From the NCBI GenBank assembly GCA_964449245.1, contig CAYUXY010000001.1, positions 66,838 to 130,837 on the forward strand: 64,000 nucleotides of DNA, in the 5' to 3' direction. Every line of letters starts with the position of its first letter. Position 1 is the stretch's first letter. The notes below the pieces were generated by a model. The model ran no database searches. It was not told the DNA's origin and worked only from the letters and a program-made list of their open reading frames with translations. Position numbers and translations under genes: made by a program. This document shows, one piece after another, positions 38,688-49,014 of the stretch. This DNA comes from an uncultured Candidatus Saccharibacteria bacterium. Its GTDB lineage: Bacteria; Patescibacteriota; Minisyncoccia; UBA6257; GWB1-50-10.

Positions 38688-39719
38688 TTATTCTTCGCTT
38701 GATATCGAGCCCTGCTCTTCAGACGCGATTTGGGTTTTCTTGCGTATTTCTGCGGTAAGTTTTTTGTCTTCTTTCATTTTTAATCTCACGTTGTCAAAAC
38801 CAACCCCGAGCTTTTCTTCTCCGAACGAAAAACTTGCTCCGGATTTTTTAACAACATTATATTTAAGAGCGGTATTTAAAATGTCCGCCTCATAAGAGAT
38901 TCCTTCGCCGTACATAATATCAAACTCGGCAATTTTAAACGGAGGAGCAACTTTGTTTTTTACAACTTTTGCTTTTGTTCTGTTTCCGACTATGTCCTCG
39001 CCTTTTTTGACTTGCGCAATTCTTCGAACATCAATTCTGACAGACGCATAAAATTTTAGAGCCATTCCGCCGGGGGTTGTTTCCGGATTGCCAAACATTA
39101 TTCCGATTTTCATTCGTAACTGATTTATAAAAATAATTATTGTTCCGGTTTTTGCCGCAATAGCGGTAAGTTTTCTTAATGCTTGCGAAAGTAATCGTGC
39201 CTGAAGTCCTATATGCATTGAGCCCATTTCCCCTTCTATTTCCGCTCGAGGAGTAAGGGCTGCGACAGAATCAACAACAACAATATTAATTATTCCGGAG
39301 CGAACAAGGCTTTCTAAAATATTTAATGCCTCTTCGCCGTTATCTGGTTGCGAAATAATTAAATCTTTTACTCGAACGCCGATTTTCGCGGCATATTCGG
39401 GATCAAGCGCGTGTTCTGCGTCGATGAACGCAGCTCTTCCTCCGTGTTTTTGTATTTCAGAAACCGCATGCAGGGCAAGGGTTGTTTTTCCGGAACTTTC
39501 CGGACCGAATATTTCTATTATTCTTCCTTTTGGAAATCCGCCACCAAGAGCGATATCAAGCGAGAATGAACCCGAAGGGATTGTTTCAACTTTTGCGCGG
39601 GAATGTTCGCCCAATGTCATAACCGAACCTTCTCCAAAACGAGACTGTAAAGATTCCATTAAAGAATCAATGTCGCTAATTGTACCGACGTCTTCTTTTG
39701 TTTTCTTTTTTGTTGTCAT
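38688..39719 (-). CDS. recA: Recombinase A
   Basis: [46 protein letters not shown]. Confidence 0.98.
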   Translation of the reverse strand: MTTKKKTKEDVGTISDIDSLMESLQSRFGEGSVMTLGEHSRAKVETIPSGSFSLDIALGGGFPKGRIIEIFGPESSGKTTLALHAVSEIQKHGGRAAFIDAEHALDPEYAAKIGVRVKDLIISQPDNGEEALNILESLVRSGIINIVVVDSVAALTPRAEIEGEMGSMHIGLQARLLSQALRKLTAIAAKTGTIIIFINQLRMKIGIMFGNPETTPGGMALKFYASVRIDVRRIAQVKKGEDIVGNRTKAKVVKNKVAPPFKIAEFDIMYGEGISYEADILNTALKYNVVKKSGASFSFGEEKLGVGFDNVRLKMKEDKKLTAEIRKKTQIASEEQGSISSEE

Positions 39720-39728
39720 ATGCGGATA

Positions 39729-40442
39729 TTATAATCCCTCCGGAGTGCCTGTGCTATATATGCTTTCCGGAATCGTTTGCCCGCTCTGCGCAGGATTGGT
39801 TACGACAGGCTCAAAAAATATTTGTTTTTCTATGGTATATTTTTTACCAAGAAATTTTTTAATTTCGAATTTTAATGTGTTGAATCCCGGCGAAAGAGTT
39901 AGTTCTTTTTCAAACGTTCCGTCCTCTGACGGATATATTTGTTCGCCGTTTAAGATAAGGGAATCTTTGACTTCTATTTTCCCGTTTAATTTAAACAGTG
40001 GCTCCGACACGACGGTGTTATCCCCTATTCCGCGAATAGAGAGTTCGGGAGTTTTAAAATATTCATAAAGACGAAAAAGAATATATATTGCAATTATTGT
40101 CGCGACAATTAAAAGCAATGATATTTTTTTATATTTTTTTATGCCGGCGAGAGATTTTCCGGGAAGTGAATCGTTCGCTCCGGATTTTCTTACCACGTTA
40201 GCTTCCTTGAAAAATTCTTTCCACACATTTTCTCCGTCAAAATCCAAAGTTTCGGAAATCTTAACGATGTATCCGTGTAGATATGGCGCCGGAGGAAGTT
40301 TTTCAAATTGTTCTTCCAAGAGAAGCAAGATAAACCGATCTGAAATACCGGTCGCGTTTGCCAGTTGTTCTATGGAAATTCCCTTGATTTTCATACCCTC
40401 CCTAAGAAGATCTGAAAATCTTTTATTGTTTTCTGATGGCAT
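39729..40442 (-). CDS. RodZ-like HTH membrane protein with C-terminal Ig-like domain
   Basis: Xre-type HTH (LPPAPYLHGYI), TM helix, beta-rich C-terminus; lies between ftsK and recA. Confidence 0.75.
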   Translation of the reverse strand: MPSENNKRFSDLLREGMKIKGISIEQLANATGISDRFILLLLEEQFEKLPPAPYLHGYIVKISETLDFDGENVWKEFFKEANVVRKSGANDSLPGKSLAGIKKYKKISLLLIVATIIAIYILFRLYEYFKTPELSIRGIGDNTVVSEPLFKLNGKIEVKDSLILNGEQIYPSEDGTFEKELTLSPGFNTLKFEIKKFLGKKYTIEKQIFFEPVVTNPAQSGQTIPESIYSTGTPEGL

Positions 40443-40485
40443 CGGTTTTATATTACCGCGTCACCGATTGTTCCACAAGAAAGAA

Positions 40486-42579
40486 TTAAAGAAGAATTTC
40501 TCTCGGTTTTGCTCCATCTCCGGGACCTACGACACCGCGTTCTTCCATAATATCCAAAAGTCTGGCTGCGCGGGCGTAGCCGACTTTGAGTCTTCTTTGA
40601 AGCAGAGATGCCGATGCTTTACCAGCCGATCGTACGGTTTCTACAGCGTCCTCATATAAATCATCATCATCGGCCTTATCTTCAAATTCGTCGATATTTA
40701 AAGACGGGCGGTCATTAGCCTCCTCTATTGAGGCGGTGTTGATGTGTTCTGACGAGAGCGACGTATTATTGTCTTTAATAAAATTCACCACAGATTTTAT
40801 TTCTTCCTCGGTTATAAACGCTCCTTGTACACGTCGCGGTTTTGAAAGTTCTGAAGAAAGGAAAAGTAAATCTCCGCGTCCAAGCAATTTTTCTGCTCCG
40901 GCGGAATCAAGTATTGTACGCGAATCAATCTGACTCGCAACTTGTAGTGCGATGCGTGTAGTTATGTTTGCTTTTATAAGTCCGGTAATAACTTCAACGG
41001 ACGGTCGTTGAGTTGAAACAATCAAATGGATGCCGGTCGCGCGCGCCATTTGGGCAAGACGTATAATTGCACCTTCAACTTCTCGGCCGAATGAAGACAT
41101 AAGATCAGCGAGCTCGTCTATAACGATAATAATATACGGCAGGTCGTTGTGGTCTTTGTGATAACTCTTAATGTCTCGACATCCGGAATCGAGAAGCAAC
41201 TGATATCTTCTGTCCATTTCTTCTATCGCCCATCGAAGAGCTCCGAGCGCCTTTTTGTTTTCGGTAATGACGGGAGTTAAAAGATGCGGAATGCCACTAT
41301 ATATTGAAAGCTCAACGCGTTTTGGATCAACCATAATAAAACGAAGCATATCCGGAGAATTTTTAAAAAGCATTGAAAGAAGAATGGCGTGAAGCGTAAT
41401 TGATTTTCCGCTACCCGTAGCTCCGGCGACGAGAAGATGGGGCATCTTACTTATATCCTGAAACACCGGTTCACCGCTCACGTTTCTTCCGAGTCCGAAA
41501 GAAAGCGCGCCGGATTTCTGAAACTCTGGATATAAAAGAATGCTTCCGAGTCTGACTGTTGCCGCGGAGCGATTAGGAACTTCAATGCCAACGAGCGACT
41601 TGCCCGGAATCGGAGCCTCTATTCGTATTGGATGCGCGGCTAACGAAAGAGCAAGGTCTTGTCCCAATGCTGTAATTCGAGATAGTCGGACTCCCTCCGC
41701 AGGCTTAAGCGTATATCTCGTTACCGTTGGACCTACATTTACTTCGCCCATCTCGACAGAAATACCAAAACTCTCAAGAGTTCTTTTGATAACGTTTGCG
41801 TTTGCGCGTAAATCTCCGATTGTCGGTTTTTCAACAACGGATGACAGTAAAGAAATCGGAGGGGCTATATAATTTTTTATTGGTTTAAATTTCGGTTCGG
41901 GCATATTTGTGTCCATCGAAGAAGCTGCCGCGACCACATCGGTTTTTTCGCGCGTATCTTTTTTGTCGTTCTTCTTTTTTTCTTGAGTCGCTTGAACGGG
42001 TTCTGAAATCACAACTTCATTTTCGACTGCTTCGCCCTCAACTTTCTCTGTTCGTTTTTTAAGAAAATTAAATTCAGGCAAACGAAGATTTAGCGGTTTA
42101 TTAAGTATGATGAGAAAAGAGATTGTCAGAATTACAAGCATAATGACAAGCGCCGCGGGAATTCCAAACGGGATTTTTAGCGACCCTATGAGATGCCCTA
42201 CAAGCCCTCCCCTGCCACCGGCGATAATATCAATACATCCAAGCCCCGATAAAAATATTAAAATACTCGTTACGACTGTAATGCCAACCGTTCTCCTTCT
42301 TTCCTGTTCTTCTTCTGATATGAAAGAAAATGCGATTATAAAAAATATAAGAGGAAATAAAAAATATCCGAGTCCAAAAAGTTTTGAGAGACCGTGATAG
42401 ATTGATTTGCCGAGTGGACCGGCTTGACCTATTCCGGCTAAGAGAAAAATAATTGCTATGCCCAAGAAAAAAACAACGAGAACGGTTTTCAAAATATCTG
42501 GATGTAAAACTTCGGAGAGTTTCAGTTTGGTATTTTCAATTGTAGCAGGTGCGAATTTTTTCTTTTTGGTGCGTGACAT
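40486..42579 (-). CDS. ftsK: DNA translocase FtsK
   Basis: 4TM N-terminus, PHLLVAGATGSGKS, IDELADLM, STQRPSV, gamma domain LLQRRLKVGYARAARLLD. Confidence 0.97.
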   Translation of the reverse strand: MSRTKKKKFAPATIENTKLKLSEVLHPDILKTVLVVFFLGIAIIFLLAGIGQAGPLGKSIYHGLSKLFGLGYFLFPLIFFIIAFSFISEEEQERRRTVGITVVTSILIFLSGLGCIDIIAGGRGGLVGHLIGSLKIPFGIPAALVIMLVILTISFLIILNKPLNLRLPEFNFLKKRTEKVEGEAVENEVVISEPVQATQEKKKNDKKDTREKTDVVAAASSMDTNMPEPKFKPIKNYIAPPISLLSSVVEKPTIGDLRANANVIKRTLESFGISVEMGEVNVGPTVTRYTLKPAEGVRLSRITALGQDLALSLAAHPIRIEAPIPGKSLVGIEVPNRSAATVRLGSILLYPEFQKSGALSFGLGRNVSGEPVFQDISKMPHLLVAGATGSGKSITLHAILLSMLFKNSPDMLRFIMVDPKRVELSIYSGIPHLLTPVITENKKALGALRWAIEEMDRRYQLLLDSGCRDIKSYHKDHNDLPYIIIVIDELADLMSSFGREVEGAIIRLAQMARATGIHLIVSTQRPSVEVITGLIKANITTRIALQVASQIDSRTILDSAGAEKLLGRGDLLFLSSELSKPRRVQGAFITEEEIKSVVNFIKDNNTSLSSEHINTASIEEANDRPSLNIDEFEDKADDDDLYEDAVETVRSAGKASASLLQRRLKVGYARAARLLDIMEERGVVGPGDGAKPREILL

Positions 42580-42631
42580 AAATAAATTTTATACCATTTC
42601 ATTAAAGTTCAATTCGGAATAAAATTCAATT

Positions 42632-43951
42632 ATGGACTACAGCATCTTTAAGCCGTATGACATTCGCGGTATTTATCCAAGCTCTATTAATGAAGAAGTC
42701 GCGGCTATTGTGGCGAGAGCGGCGCTAAAGCTTTTCCCCAAGGGTAAGGTTGTTATAGCAAGAGATTCTCGCTTGAGCTCATTGGCTCTGTTTAATGCGC
42801 TAAAAAACGAGGCGGAAAGAATAGGCACGCATACTATTTTGGATATAGGAGAATCAACCACTCCGATGTTTTATTTTGCGGTCAGTCATTTACGGGCTAC
42901 AGGAGGCGTTATTGTGACCGCATCTCATAATCCAAAAGAATGGAATGGATTTAAAGTTGTCCGCGAAAATGCGCGTATGGTACAGGGGTTAGAAGTTGGA
43001 AATGCAGTTAAGCATATTCTTAGCGAAAAGGCATCGAATAAAATTGAAAAAACAAAAAGAAAAGAAGCCAAAAAAACAACGATTCTGGAAGAATACGCGA
43101 CTTTTTTAAGTAAAAATGCAGATTTTAAAAAACCTATGAAGGTCGTGTTTGATGGGTCAAACGGTCCGGCGGGTATAGTGCTTTCAAAATTATTGCCAAA
43201 TCTTATAAATCTAAAAGCTAATTCAATTTTTACAAAATCGGACGGTAACTTTCCGGGGCATGGGCCAAATCCGCTTGTAAGCGATGCGTTCAGTATATTG
43301 GCAAAAGAAGTGGTACGCCGAAAAGCGGATATCGGAATAGTCTTTGATGCCGATGCGGACAGGGCATTCTTTGTTGATGAAAAAGGAAGGGCAGTCCCCT
43401 TTTATGCAATATTAAAACTTTTCTCCATATTATATAAAGGAGCGTGCGTTGCAGATATTCATGCGTTTTATTCTCTTAGGGCTATAGGTGTAACAAAAAA
43501 TATTTGGGAAGCGCCGGTGGGCACTTATTTTATGAAAGCCGAAATGATTAAAAGAAATGCTGATTTTGCCGGAGAATATTCCGGACACTATTATTTCAAG
43601 GATTTCTTTTTTACGGACTCCGGAATACTTGCCGCAATTAATGTAATAAACGCGGTTTCAATGCTCCCCTACTCGTTGGGCGTGTTCTTAGATATGTTAC
43701 CTGCTGTCTATACTAATATGACAAATATAGAGACATCGTCCCCAATTAAACAACTTCTTGTCATAGAAAAATTTTACAAAGATAAGTGCCTATTGGTAGA
43801 TCGTACGGATGGAATCACAATAGTGTTCAAAAATATTGTTGTGACCGCACGTGCCTCCAACACAGAGCCATTGATACGTATATTTGTAATAGCTGGTACA
43901 GAGAAAGAGGGAAAAGCTTTAACACAGGAAATTAGATCTCTTATATCGTAA
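42632..43951 (+). CDS. Phosphomannomutase/phosphoglucomutase
   Basis: YDIRG, TASHNP phosphoserine loop, FDADADR metal loop, GEYSGH, RASNTEP. Confidence 0.92.
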   Translation: MDYSIFKPYDIRGIYPSSINEEVAAIVARAALKLFPKGKVVIARDSRLSSLALFNALKNEAERIGTHTILDIGESTTPMFYFAVSHLRATGGVIVTASHNPKEWNGFKVVRENARMVQGLEVGNAVKHILSEKASNKIEKTKRKEAKKTTILEEYATFLSKNADFKKPMKVVFDGSNGPAGIVLSKLLPNLINLKANSIFTKSDGNFPGHGPNPLVSDAFSILAKEVVRRKADIGIVFDADADRAFFVDEKGRAVPFYAILKLFSILYKGACVADIHAFYSLRAIGVTKNIWEAPVGTYFMKAEMIKRNADFAGEYSGHYYFKDFFFTDSGILAAINVINAVSMLPYSLGVFLDMLPAVYTNMTNIETSSPIKQLLVIEKFYKDKCLLVDRTDGITIVFKNIVVTARASNTEPLIRIFVIAGTEKEGKALTQEIRSLIS

Positions 43952-44120
43952 TGATTCCTCTTGCTGCTGGCATTGCGATTAATCGTTGAGAGTGAGTATA
44001 AGCCAGTTTAATCTCTATATTAAAACTGGCGATGCGTCTTTTAAAAGAGCTTAACTAAGAAAATCAGTTTTTATTGAAAAATCAAAAAAACCAGCTTCAA
44101 AATGTCACGGAAGCTGATAA

Positions 44121-44259
44121 TGCGATGAAACCTACATTTTTCAAAAAATATGCAAAAAGTGTTTGTCGACAAACATTTTTATTAGAGAAGCGAGTAGTGC
44201 GATGAAACCTACATTTTTGCCAAAAACGCAAAAAAAGTGTTTGTCGACAAACACTTTAT
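44121..44259. repeat. Two ~62-bp direct repeats, each ending in a palindrome
   Basis: TGCGATGAAACCTACATTTTT...AAAGTGTTTGTCGACAAACA at 44121 and 44198; the second copy has a perfect 24-bp palindrome at 44234-44257. Confidence 0.85.
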
Positions 44260-44269
44260 AACAAAAAAA

Positions 44270-44638
44270 ATGAGTAAAAAAGAATTAGGAAAAATTGGAG
44301 AAAAATATGCCTGTGATTTTTTAATAAAAGAAGGGTATAACATTTTGGAGAAAAACATCCGACTTTGTATTGGGGAAATAGATATAGTGGCTAAAGAAAA
44401 GAATAATATGATAGTTTTTGTAGAAGTTAAAACGTTAAGCGGATTTTATCCGAATGGTTTCTGTCCGGAAGATCATATGACCACTGCAAAAATGAATAAA
44501 TATTCAAAAATGGCATTGTTGTATGCAAATATGCATCCGGAGCTAATTATGAACGAGGTTGGTTATAGAATAGATTTAATTGCGCTGTCCGCGGTTGGGA
44601 ATGATTTTATCGCGCACCATTATAAAAATATTTGTTGA
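44270..44638 (+). CDS. yraN: YraN family (UPF0102) PD-(D/E)XK nuclease
   Basis: LGKIGEKYA...GYNILEKN...GEIDIVA...VFVEVK...RIDLIA. Confidence 0.9.
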   Translation: MSKKELGKIGEKYACDFLIKEGYNILEKNIRLCIGEIDIVAKEKNNMIVFVEVKTLSGFYPNGFCPEDHMTTAKMNKYSKMALLYANMHPELIMNEVGYRIDLIALSAVGNDFIAHHYKNIC

Positions 44639-44663
44639 CAGCAAGGTTTGTGCATAGTAAAAT
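44635..44663 (+). promoter_or_regulatory. sigma70-type promoter of nusA
   Basis: TTGACA-17 nt-TAAAAT; the leader has a CCGCTC/GAGCGG hairpin. Confidence 0.7.
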
Positions 44664-44745
44664 ATATATGTTAATGACCGCTCCTTCGTGAGCGGAAATT
44701 TATTAAAGGTCATCTAATAATAAAAGGTCAATAAAAATTAATATT

Positions 44746-45945
44746 ATGGATATAAAGTCATTAGGTGCGGCGATTGAACAAATTGCTGCAGAAAAAGGTA
44801 TTTCTCCGGACAGGGTGAAAGAAGCGGTTGAGTCGGCTATAGCGGTAGCATACAAAAGAGAGTATCGAAAAAAAGCGGAAGTCATTCGATCAAAATTTGA
44901 TTTTAAAACAGGAGAGATAAAATTCTGGCAGGTTAAAACCGTAGTTAGTCCTGACGAGGTTCGTATTGTAGAGGAAGAAGAAATGGAACCGGATCAAACT
45001 TTAAACGTAGATCAGGAAGGCGATGAAAATATTTTACCAAGATATAACGAAGATCGGCACATTTTTATTGAAGATGCAAAAAAAATAAAAAAAGACGCAA
45101 AGTCTGGTGATGAATTGGAATTTCCATTGGAGGCGCACGCAGACTTTGGAAGAATCGCGGCGCAAACCGCGAAGCAGGTAATATTGCAAAGTATTCGTGA
45201 GGCGGAAAGGAAATCTATTCAACAAGAATTTGCAGACAAGGAAGGGGAAATCGTAAGCGGTGTTATACAAAGATTTGAAAGGGGAAATGTGTTTGTTGAT
45301 TTAGGTCGAGCAGTCGGAATAATTTTTCCAAACGAATGTATTCCAAGTGAGCACTATCGGGTCGGACAGAGAATGAGATTTTATGTACTCGCGGTTCAAG
45401 ACGATCCGCGTCGTCCGGGCATTGTTTTATCGCGCGCGCATCCGAATTTTGTATTGAAACTTTTTGAGCTTGAAATTCCGGAAATGATTGACGGGATAGT
45501 TGAAATTAAAAACATTGCGCGAGAACCAGGGAGCAGAACCAAAATATCTGTCGCATCAAATCAAGAAGGTGTTGACCCCGTAGGATCTGCGGTTGGCCAG
45601 AGAGGAATGCGTGTTATGGCGGTTACTAACGAACTCGGAAATGAAAAGATAGATATTGTGGAATGGTCTGAGGATGTAGAAAAATTTATTGCGAATTCTC
45701 TTTCTCCTGCAAAAGTAAAACTTGTTGAGATACTCCCGCGTAGAGAAGCGAGAGTGCTCGTTGCGGAAGATCAGTTGTCGCTCGCTATAGGAAAGGGAGG
45801 ACAAAACGTTCGTCTTGCGGCAAAACTTACCGGATGGAAAATAGATGTTCGTTCGCAATCCAATCCGGATGAAGTGCAGGAGGGAGGAATAGCTACGGTT
45901 GAAGTCGATGCGACAACCGATAATAAAAACGTCGAAGATAAATAA
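44746..45945 (+). CDS. nusA: Transcription termination/antitermination factor NusA
   Basis: FGRIAAQTAKQVI, S1 domain, AREPGSRTKI, LSLAIGKGGQNVRLAAKLTGWKID. Confidence 0.97.
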   Translation: MDIKSLGAAIEQIAAEKGISPDRVKEAVESAIAVAYKREYRKKAEVIRSKFDFKTGEIKFWQVKTVVSPDEVRIVEEEEMEPDQTLNVDQEGDENILPRYNEDRHIFIEDAKKIKKDAKSGDELEFPLEAHADFGRIAAQTAKQVILQSIREAERKSIQQEFADKEGEIVSGVIQRFERGNVFVDLGRAVGIIFPNECIPSEHYRVGQRMRFYVLAVQDDPRRPGIVLSRAHPNFVLKLFELEIPEMIDGIVEIKNIAREPGSRTKISVASNQEGVDPVGSAVGQRGMRVMAVTNELGNEKIDIVEWSEDVEKFIANSLSPAKVKLVEILPRREARVLVAEDQLSLAIGKGGQNVRLAAKLTGWKIDVRSQSNPDEVQEGGIATVEVDATTDNKNVEDK

Positions 45946-45978
45946 CAACACAAAAATATCAATTAGTCAATTATATAT

Positions 45979-47955
45979 ATGTATTACGCAATTTTTATTC
46001 CAATAGCATTAGCATTAGCTTATGCAGCATATCTCATCGGATGGCTTTCAAAACAACCGTCCGGAAATGAGAAAATGGTTTCTATATCAAAAGCAATTCA
46101 AGACGGATCAAAAGCGTATTTGAATCGCCAATATAAAACAGTGGGAATAGTTTCAGTTATAGTATTTTTTGTTATAGGTTTTTCTTTGGGTTGGTTAACC
46201 GCGCTCGGGTTTTTAATAGGTGCTTTTATTTCCGCGCTTGCGGGATACATCGGAATGAATGTGTCGGTAAGAGCAAATACGAAAACGGCCGAAGCCGCAA
46301 GAAAAGGATTGAGTCCCGCGTTGTCTTTGGCTTTTAAAGCCGGATCCGTAACCGGATTACTTGTCGTAGCACTTGGTTTACTTGCGGTTGCCGGATTTTA
46401 TATGTTGTCGGGAATGGATGTGAGATCACTTATAGGGCTCGGTTTTGGCGCGAGTTTGATTTCGATATTCGCGAGACTTGGAGGAGGAATTTTTACGAAA
46501 GCCGCTGACGTTGGAACGGATTTGGTTGGTAAAGTTGAAGCGGGAATTCCGGAAGATGATCCGAGAAACCCCGGCGTGATAGCCGACAACGTTGGAGATA
46601 ACGTAGGGGATTGCGCAGGTATGGCGGCCGATCTTTTTGAAACATACGCGGTTACTTTAACTGCGGCTGTAATATTGGGAACCGCGCTTGCATATTCCGG
46701 AGTACAATTACTCTTTCCTTTCGTGCTCGGAGGACTGGCCATAATCGCATCTATTATAGGAGCGTTTTTTGTTAAGATAGGTAAGAGTCAAAATATAATG
46801 AACGCTCTATATAAAGGTTTGACTGCCGCATTGATAGCATCGGCGATTTTATTTTTCGGAGCGTCAAAAATTTATTTTGGTAATCACTATCTTCTCGCTT
46901 TCGTTCCGGCATTAATAGGATTGGCCGTGACAGCATTAATGGTTGTAATAACAGACTATTATACTGCGAAGAAATATAGGCCGGTAAAAAGTATCGCAGA
47001 AGCGTCAAAGTCGGGACATGGCACGAATATTATTATTGGACTGTCTGTAGGAATGGAAGCGACTTTTCTTCCTATCGTTGTAATCGTTCTTGGAATACTT
47101 GGCGCGTATGCAATTTCAGGCATCTACGGAATTTCGATTGCCGCAGTTTCCATGCTTTCTGTCGCCGGTATTGTTGTCGCGATCGATTCTTTTGGTCCTG
47201 TAACTGATAACGCCGGAGGAATTGCAGAAATGAGCGAAGCTCCGGAGGAAGTCAGAAAAATTACGGACGCGCTTGATTCAGTTGGAAATACGACAAAAGC
47301 TGTAACAAAAGGATATGCAATAGCATCGGCCGGATTAGCGGCACTCGTACTTTTCGCCGGATATGCGGAAGAAATTGCCGCGAGAACCGGCAACGCGGTA
47401 AGCTTTGATATTCAGAACCACTTAGTAATCGTTGGACTGTTTATCGGCGGAGCCATCCCGTATCTCTTTGGTTCTATCGCAATGAAGTCTGTAGGAAAAG
47501 CGGCTGGCGCGATAGTCGAAGAAATTCGCAGGCAGTTCCGCGAAATCAAAGGTATTATGGATGGCACAGGAAAGCCGGAATACGGCAAGGCTGTTGACAT
47601 AGTAACGCGCGCCGCATTGAAAGAAATGATTGTTCCGGCAATATTGCCAATAGTCGCGGTTCTGATTGTGGGATTTGCGCTCGGCGAGCAAGCGCTCGGC
47701 GGAATGTTGATAGGCGCTATAATTTCCGGACTTTTTATAGCGTTGTCTATGACGTCGGGTGGAGCTGCTTGGGATAACGCAAAGAAATATATTGAAGATG
47801 GAAATTTTGGAGGTAAGGGGTCTGATGCTCACAAGGCAGCCGTGACGGGGGATACTGTAGGAGATCCATATAAAGATACGGCGGGTCCGGCGATTAATCC
47901 TCTTATTAAGGTTATGAATATTGTCGCTTTGCTTATTATTCCGTTTCTTCTTTAG
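45979..47955 (+). CDS. hppA: Membrane-bound H+-translocating pyrophosphatase (K+-independent type)
   Basis: [35 protein letters not shown]; [10 protein letters not shown] has Lys at the K+-dependence position. Confidence 0.93.
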   Translation: MYYAIFIPIALALAYAAYLIGWLSKQPSGNEKMVSISKAIQDGSKAYLNRQYKTVGIVSVIVFFVIGFSLGWLTALGFLIGAFISALAGYIGMNVSVRANTKTAEAARKGLSPALSLAFKAGSVTGLLVVALGLLAVAGFYMLSGMDVRSLIGLGFGASLISIFARLGGGIFTKAADVGTDLVGKVEAGIPEDDPRNPGVIADNVGDNVGDCAGMAADLFETYAVTLTAAVILGTALAYSGVQLLFPFVLGGLAIIASIIGAFFVKIGKSQNIMNALYKGLTAALIASAILFFGASKIYFGNHYLLAFVPALIGLAVTALMVVITDYYTAKKYRPVKSIAEASKSGHGTNIIIGLSVGMEATFLPIVVIVLGILGAYAISGIYGISIAAVSMLSVAGIVVAIDSFGPVTDNAGGIAEMSEAPEEVRKITDALDSVGNTTKAVTKGYAIASAGLAALVLFAGYAEEIAARTGNAVSFDIQNHLVIVGLFIGGAIPYLFGSIAMKSVGKAAGAIVEEIRRQFREIKGIMDGTGKPEYGKAVDIVTRAALKEMIVPAILPIVAVLIVGFALGEQALGGMLIGAIISGLFIALSMTSGGAAWDNAKKYIEDGNFGGKGSDAHKAAVTGDTVGDPYKDTAGPAINPLIKVMNIVALLIIPFLL

Positions 47956-47973
47956 TCACGAACGTTGTTATTG

Positions 47974-48012
47974 TCTCCCCAGCCGTTTTTTGTGAGAAAA
48001 CGGCTGGGGAGA
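47974..48012 (+). terminator. GC-rich hairpin after hppA
   Basis: TCTCCCCAGCCGTTTT...AAAACGGCTGGGGAGA. Confidence 0.7.
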
Positions 48013-48060
48013 ATTGTTTTATTTGCGACTCTTTGTTATTGTTGTCGTAAAGTTGGTATT

Positions 48061-48531
48061 ATGACAAAAGAAAAAATCAGAGAAAAAATTATTGCGAAAC
48101 TCTCAAAAGAAATTGCGGATTTGGAAGACGCGCAAAAGAACATAACTAACGATGATTCAGATTCGGGAAAATCAAGAGAGAAGAATTTAAAATTCGCCGA
48201 CAGAGTTGCCGAAGAAAGAATAGGTTCAATTTTAAACGAGAGGAAAAGTTTTCTGGATGAAGCAAAAAAGGTTTTACTTCCTGAAAAATTAGAAAGCATA
48301 CAGGTTGGAGCTTGTTTTGTTGTCTCAGAGAATGACGTAGATAAGAAATACATAATGTTTGCCACTGGTTTTGGCGTAGAGATATGGGACGATGAAACGC
48401 TCGATTCATATACCATAGCAATTCCAGAGAGCACGCTCGGACGGATTCTTGTTGGCAAAAAGAGGGGACAGTCCGCTGTTCTCCGCATAGGTCAAAAAAC
48501 CAAAAACCTCCTTGTGAAGGAGGTTTGGTAA
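48061..48531 (+). CDS. GreA/GreB-like protein (divergent)
   Basis: N-terminal coiled coil; IQVGACF and PESTLGRILVGKKRGQ resemble the GreA C-terminal domain. Confidence 0.55.
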   Translation: MTKEKIREKIIAKLSKEIADLEDAQKNITNDDSDSGKSREKNLKFADRVAEERIGSILNERKSFLDEAKKVLLPEKLESIQVGACFVVSENDVDKKYIMFATGFGVEIWDDETLDSYTIAIPESTLGRILVGKKRGQSAVLRIGQKTKNLLVKEVW

Positions 48532-48549
48532 ATTTCCGCGCGTATCTGA

Positions 48550-48996
48550 TTAATCCATTTTAACTTTCAACTTTTTGGCTTTCTTTCTGTCGAGTTTTGG
48601 CATAATAACGGTTAACACCCCGTTCTTTAATGATGCGGTCGATTGTTCCGGATCAACTTCTGCAGGCAGGATAATTGATCTGGAAAATTTTCCCCAAAAG
48701 CATTCCTGATAAAAATAATCTTTCTCTTCCACTTCTTCCGTTCTTTCTCTCCGTCCATGTATGGTGATTGATTCATTTGTGATATTCACCTCTAAATCGT
48801 TCGAATCGACTCCGGCGACGGTAGATTGTACGATGATACTATCTTCGTTTTGATACACATCAACAGTCAGCTGTCCTTCCGCTTCTTCTTCAGCGTCAAA
48901 AGAATTTTCTTCTGACAAAACGGACACCGGCATCGGTTTTGTTTTTGCTTTCGCAAGCTCCATAAAAATATTATTGTTGTTTTCTTCGTTAATCAT
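48550..48996 (-). CDS. Hsp20/alpha-crystallin small heat-shock protein
   Basis: LTVDVY, ECFWGKFSRSIILP, ASLKNGVLTVIMPK. Confidence 0.92.
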   Translation of the reverse strand: MINEENNNNIFMELAKAKTKPMPVSVLSEENSFDAEEEAEGQLTVDVYQNEDSIIVQSTVAGVDSNDLEVNITNESITIHGRRERTEEVEEKDYFYQECFWGKFSRSIILPAEVDPEQSTASLKNGVLTVIMPKLDRKKAKKLKVKMD

Positions 48997-49014
48997 ACTT
49001 TTAGTATATCATAA

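Noticed and set aside
44121-44259. Mini-CRISPR before yraN
   Set aside because: Only two ~62-bp units with a ~15-nt linker; geometry is unlike CRISPR and no cas genes are present.
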